Source: Lentisphaeria bacterium
GTDB taxonomy: Bacteria > Verrucomicrobiota > Lentisphaeria > Victivallales > UBA1829
DNA: 64,000 nt
NCBI GenBank assembly: GCA_017503375.1
Contig: JAFVTF010000009.1
Location: 31,933-95,932, forward strand
Reading direction: 5' to 3'
This document shows, one piece after another, positions 61,167 to 64,000 of this stretch. Both the position numbers and the translations under genes were made by a program. Every line of letters begins with the position of its first letter. Within the stretch, counting starts at the first letter, position 1. Below the pieces are notes generated by a model that saw only the letters and a list, made by a program, of their open reading frames with translations, was not told the origin of the DNA and did not search any database.

Positions 61167-61359
61167 GGGGAACCACGGAATACACGGAAATAACACGGAA
61201 AAATTTCGGGGTTGAAATGTTACTTCCCAAAACATTTCAACCCCGCATTGTTTTAAAGGAATTCCGGCTTGAGAAAATCCGAAAAACATCTCTCTGGGAA
61301 AACGGTCACGCTTTCCCGGAAAAATTTCCGTGAAACTTCCGTGATTTCCACGGTTCCCC
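61167..61359 (+). repeat. family-2 repeat, left copy (about 193 nt)
   Basis: Ends are GGGGAACC.../...GGTTCCCC. Three CACGGAA units sit at the left end and three TTCCGTG-like units at the right end. An internal perfect 14-bp hairpin lies at 61208-61244. Its inverted copy is at 63827-64000. Confidence 0.85.
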
Positions 61360-61370
61360 ATGAAAAAAAG

Positions 61371-61399
61371 TTGAATTTTCTTTATTCCTGTGCTATATT
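61371..61399 (+). promoter_or_regulatory. sigma70-like promoter with extended -10 upstream of the MTase module
   Basis: TTGAAT-N17-(TGc)TATATT. This implies a leader of roughly 300 nt before the MTase ATG at 61700. Confidence 0.45.
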
Positions 61400-61630
61400 G
61401 AACTGAAACCTGCTATTCAATCAACAACAGAAAGGATGAATTACTGACCCAGAGATTGAATTGATCTGAAAATTTCTTTTACAGCATAAAATTTCAGGCT
61501 ATCCTCACAAACCACCACCTTGTAGAATAAAGCCGAAAACACAACGAGAACGGAACTTTGTGCCGTGTATTTTTGTATACACGGTGCATTTCTGCATTTG
61601 TATCGTTGTGTACGTCTGTGGTGGACGTGT

Positions 61631-61665
61631 GAGGATGTATGAATCAGGGATGCACCTCTTTTTTT
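61631..61665 (+). terminator. terminator-like hairpin plus T7 inside the MTase leader
   Basis: GAGG-a-TGTAT / loop / ATGCA-CCTC followed by TTTTTTT. Its 5' GAGG is shared with a competing long-range helix (61503-61518 paired with 61618-61634). Confidence 0.4.
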
Positions 61666-61699
61666 GTGGTGTTTCCCGGAAATACGGAGAATACCACAG

Positions 61700-62746
61700 A
61701 TGGCAGGCAACGAAAATTTACAAAAAGCTAATAAAGCTAAAAAAGATGAGTTCTACACTCAATTATGTGACATAGAAAAGGAATTGCGGCATTATAAAAA
61801 ACATTTCAAGGAGAAAACCGTTTTCTGTAATTGTGATGATCCTTATGAAAGCAATTTCTTCAAATATTTCGCCATGAATTTCAACTTTCTCGGGTTAAAA
61901 AAACTGATTGCGACCTGTTATGCAAAATCTCCGGTTGCAGGTGAAGAACTGGCATTATTCAATTTTTTCGGTTTGAAAGATGACAATGCAGAATTGATCG
62001 CCCATAAAATTGAAATTACAGAAGTGACCGATGAAAATGGCGATGGAGCAATCGACCTTGCAGATGTGGAACTGCTGCTGAAAAACAAGAAAAATTCTCT
62101 TATCAGGTTGAAAGGAGATGGAGATTTCCGTTCGGAAGAGTGCATTGAACTTCTGAAAGAAGCTGATGTTGTAGTTACAAATCCGCCGTTTTCTCTCTTC
62201 CGGGAATATGTTGCACAACTGGTGCAGTATGATAAGAAATTTGTTATTATCGGTCATCAAAATGCTCTTACCTATAAAGAAATATTTCCTCTGATAAAAG
62301 AAAATCGAATGTGGCTTGGGTTCGGTTTTAAAGGCGGCGCTGCACACTTTCACTCACCATACCAGGATATTGCAACAGCAACGGATCATAAAGACGGAAT
62401 GATAAGAGTTTCGGGGGTTGTATGGCTCTCAAATTTAGATATTCAAAAACGTCATGAAGAATTGGTTCTTTACAAAAAATATACTCCGGAAGAATATCCG
62501 AAATATGACAATTATGATGCGATCAATATCGATAAAACTGTTGAAATACCATATGATTACGATGGTGTAATGGGTGTCCCTATCACATTCTTGGATAAAT
62601 ATAATCCGGAACAGTTTGAAATAATCGGTCTGGATAGATATGTAGAAGATAATCCTAGGTATGGGCATCGTTTTACGCTCAAAGGAAAGGAAACCTATGC
62701 CAGAATCCTAATCTGCAAAAAAGGAGTTTCAAAAAATGAAAATTGA
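61700..62746 (+). CDS. N6-adenine DNA methyltransferase (EcoRI-methylase-like family)
   Basis: About 348 aa from the ATG at 61700 (GGAGA RBS 9 nt upstream). N-terminal KKDEFYTQLCDIEKEL and the catalytic VVTNPPF (NPPF) motif. Confidence 0.8.
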   Translation: MAGNENLQKANKAKKDEFYTQLCDIEKELRHYKKHFKEKTVFCNCDDPYESNFFKYFAMNFNFLGLKKLIATCYAKSPVAGEELALFNFFGLKDDNAELIAHKIEITEVTDENGDGAIDLADVELLLKNKKNSLIRLKGDGDFRSEECIELLKEADVVVTNPPFSLFREYVAQLVQYDKKFVIIGHQNALTYKEIFPLIKENRMWLGFGFKGGAAHFHSPYQDIATATDHKDGMIRVSGVVWLSNLDIQKRHEELVLYKKYTPEEYPKYDNYDAINIDKTVEIPYDYDGVMGVPITFLDKYNPEQFEIIGLDRYVEDNPRYGHRFTLKGKETYARILICKKGVSKNEN

Positions 62747-63818
62747 ACTGCATGAACTTACCATCCGGGAAATTGCTGAAAATTATATCGACCACGCAGA
62801 AAACGGAGTGACCGGATACAATGGGAAACTCAATATCAGACCGAAATATCAGCGGGAATTCGTTTATGATTCCCAAAAACGGAATGCGGTCATTGAAACG
62901 ATCATGAAAGGTTTTCCGCTGAACGTGATGTATTGGGTCAAAAACAGCGATGAAATGTTTGAAGTCCTTGACGGACAACAGCGGACAATCAGTTTCTGTC
63001 AATATGTGAACGGTGATTTTTCATTCAACAACAGGGCATTTCATAATCTGACCGCACCCGAACAGCAGCAGATTCTTGATTACAAAGTCATGGTTTATTT
63101 CTGCGAGGGTAACGATAAAGAAAAACTTGATTGGTTTCAAGTAATCAATATTGCGGGAGAAAAACTCACCATGCAGGAGCTGCGGAATGCAACCTATACC
63201 GGAAGTTGGCTGAGTGACGCAAAATTGAAATTCAGCAAGCGGAACTGTGCCGCTTATCTGAAAGGAAATAAATATCTGACAGGTGAAACCATCCGTCAGG
63301 ACTATCTGGAAACCGCGCTGCGCTGGATCAGTAAGGGGAAAATAGAAGATTACATGTCGAAACATCAGCATGATCCAAATGCAAATGAGCTGTATTTTTA
63401 CTTTTTGAACGTGATCGACTGGGTGGAAATGACCTTCATCAAATATCGGAAAGAGATGAAAGGAATCGAATGGGGACCGCTTTACGATGAATTTAAGGCT
63501 CAAGTCTTTGACACAAAAGAGTTGGAAGAGCAGATTTCAGAACTGATGGCAGATGAAGATGTTACCAGTAAAAAAGGTGTTTATTCTTATGTTCTGACAA
63601 AAGAAGAAAAGTATTTGAATGTACGGGCATTTGACAACCGGATGAAACGGACAGCTTATGAGAAACAGGACGGACTCTGTCCGAGATGCGGGAAGCATTT
63701 TGAATTTGAAGAGATGGAAGCGGATCACATTACGCCCTGGTGTGAAGGCGGAAAAACGTTGGCAGAAAACTGCCAGATGCTTTGTAAAGACTGCAACCGC
63801 AGAAAATCAAATCTTTGA
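62736..63818 (+). CDS. DUF262 (ParB/GmrSD N-terminal-like) domain fused to a C-terminal HNH nuclease
   Basis: 360 aa with IRPKYQREFVY and LDGQQRT (DUF262 signature). The C-terminal CPRCG...ADHITPW...NCQMLCKDCNRRK forms an HNH/His-Me finger. Overlaps the MTase gene by 11 nt. Confidence 0.8.
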   Translation: MKIELHELTIREIAENYIDHAENGVTGYNGKLNIRPKYQREFVYDSQKRNAVIETIMKGFPLNVMYWVKNSDEMFEVLDGQQRTISFCQYVNGDFSFNNRAFHNLTAPEQQQILDYKVMVYFCEGNDKEKLDWFQVINIAGEKLTMQELRNATYTGSWLSDAKLKFSKRNCAAYLKGNKYLTGETIRQDYLETALRWISKGKIEDYMSKHQHDPNANELYFYFLNVIDWVEMTFIKYRKEMKGIEWGPLYDEFKAQVFDTKELEEQISELMADEDVTSKKGVYSYVLTKEEKYLNVRAFDNRMKRTAYEKQDGLCPRCGKHFEFEEMEADHITPWCEGGKTLAENCQMLCKDCNRRKSNL

Positions 63819-63826
63819 TTTTTTTT

Positions 63827-64000
63827 GGGAAACCACGGAATACACAGAAGTTTCACGGAGATTTTTCGGGAAAAACGTGACCGTTTTCCCCTTGAGATGT
63901 TTTTCAGATTTTCTCAAACCGGAATTCCTTTAAAACAATGCGGGGTTGAAATGTTATTTCCAAAAACATTTCAACCCCAAAATTTTTCCGTGTTATTTCC
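63827..64000 (-). repeat. family-2 repeat, right copy (inverted; truncated by the window end)
   Basis: The reverse complement aligns along its whole visible length with 61185-61359. It starts 8 nt after the stop of the DUF262-HNH gene. Confidence 0.85.

Noticed and set aside
61441-61710. 89-aa minus-strand ORF (and a 71-aa plus-strand ORF) inside the MTase leader; considered as a possible controller (C) protein
   Set aside because: There is no HTH-like sequence and no RBS. The composition is His/Arg/Cys-rich and the ORFs overlap the structured leader, so the region is better explained as non-coding RNA.

Overview
Bacterial chromosomal window with moderate GC. The EF-Tu switch-I signature and the glycan-degrading gene content suggest a PVC-superphylum organism (Lentisphaerota, Kiritimatiellota or Planctomycetota-like); this is inference only. 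Positions 2.4-22 kb on the minus strand form one uninterrupted translation/transcription supercluster: tRNA-Thr, tuf, rpmG, tRNA-Trp, secE, nusG, rplKAJL, rpoBC, rpsLG, fusA, rpsJ, rplCDWB, rpsS. It ends at a strong terminator straight after rpsS. The rest is housekeeping (pyrF, uxuA, comM/yifB, ispF, folE, dtd, dxr, rseP, recJ, ppdK, tRNA-Gly), two sugar-utilisation clusters and a dat-ddc polyamine pair. Three things stand out. (1) A tight six-gene operon at 42.85-48.97 kb combines a UbiA prenyltransferase, a radical SAM/SPASM enzyme, a DAG-kinase-fold lipid kinase, a PurM/ThiL-like enzyme, an alpha-oxoamine synthase and an extended SDR. I cannot match it to a described pathway, and it looks like a novel amino-lipid or sphingoid-like lipid route. 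(2) A two-gene N6-adenine MTase plus DUF262-HNH nuclease module at 61.7-63.8 kb sits directly after ppdK. It is preceded by a structured leader and bracketed by inverted copies of a roughly 190-nt repeat. (3) A family of roughly 200-nt structured intergenic repeats occurs in three copies, two of them showing compensatory changes in two hairpins. No rRNA, CRISPR array, transposase or integrase was seen. Many long ORFs in the supplied track are antisense shadows of real genes.
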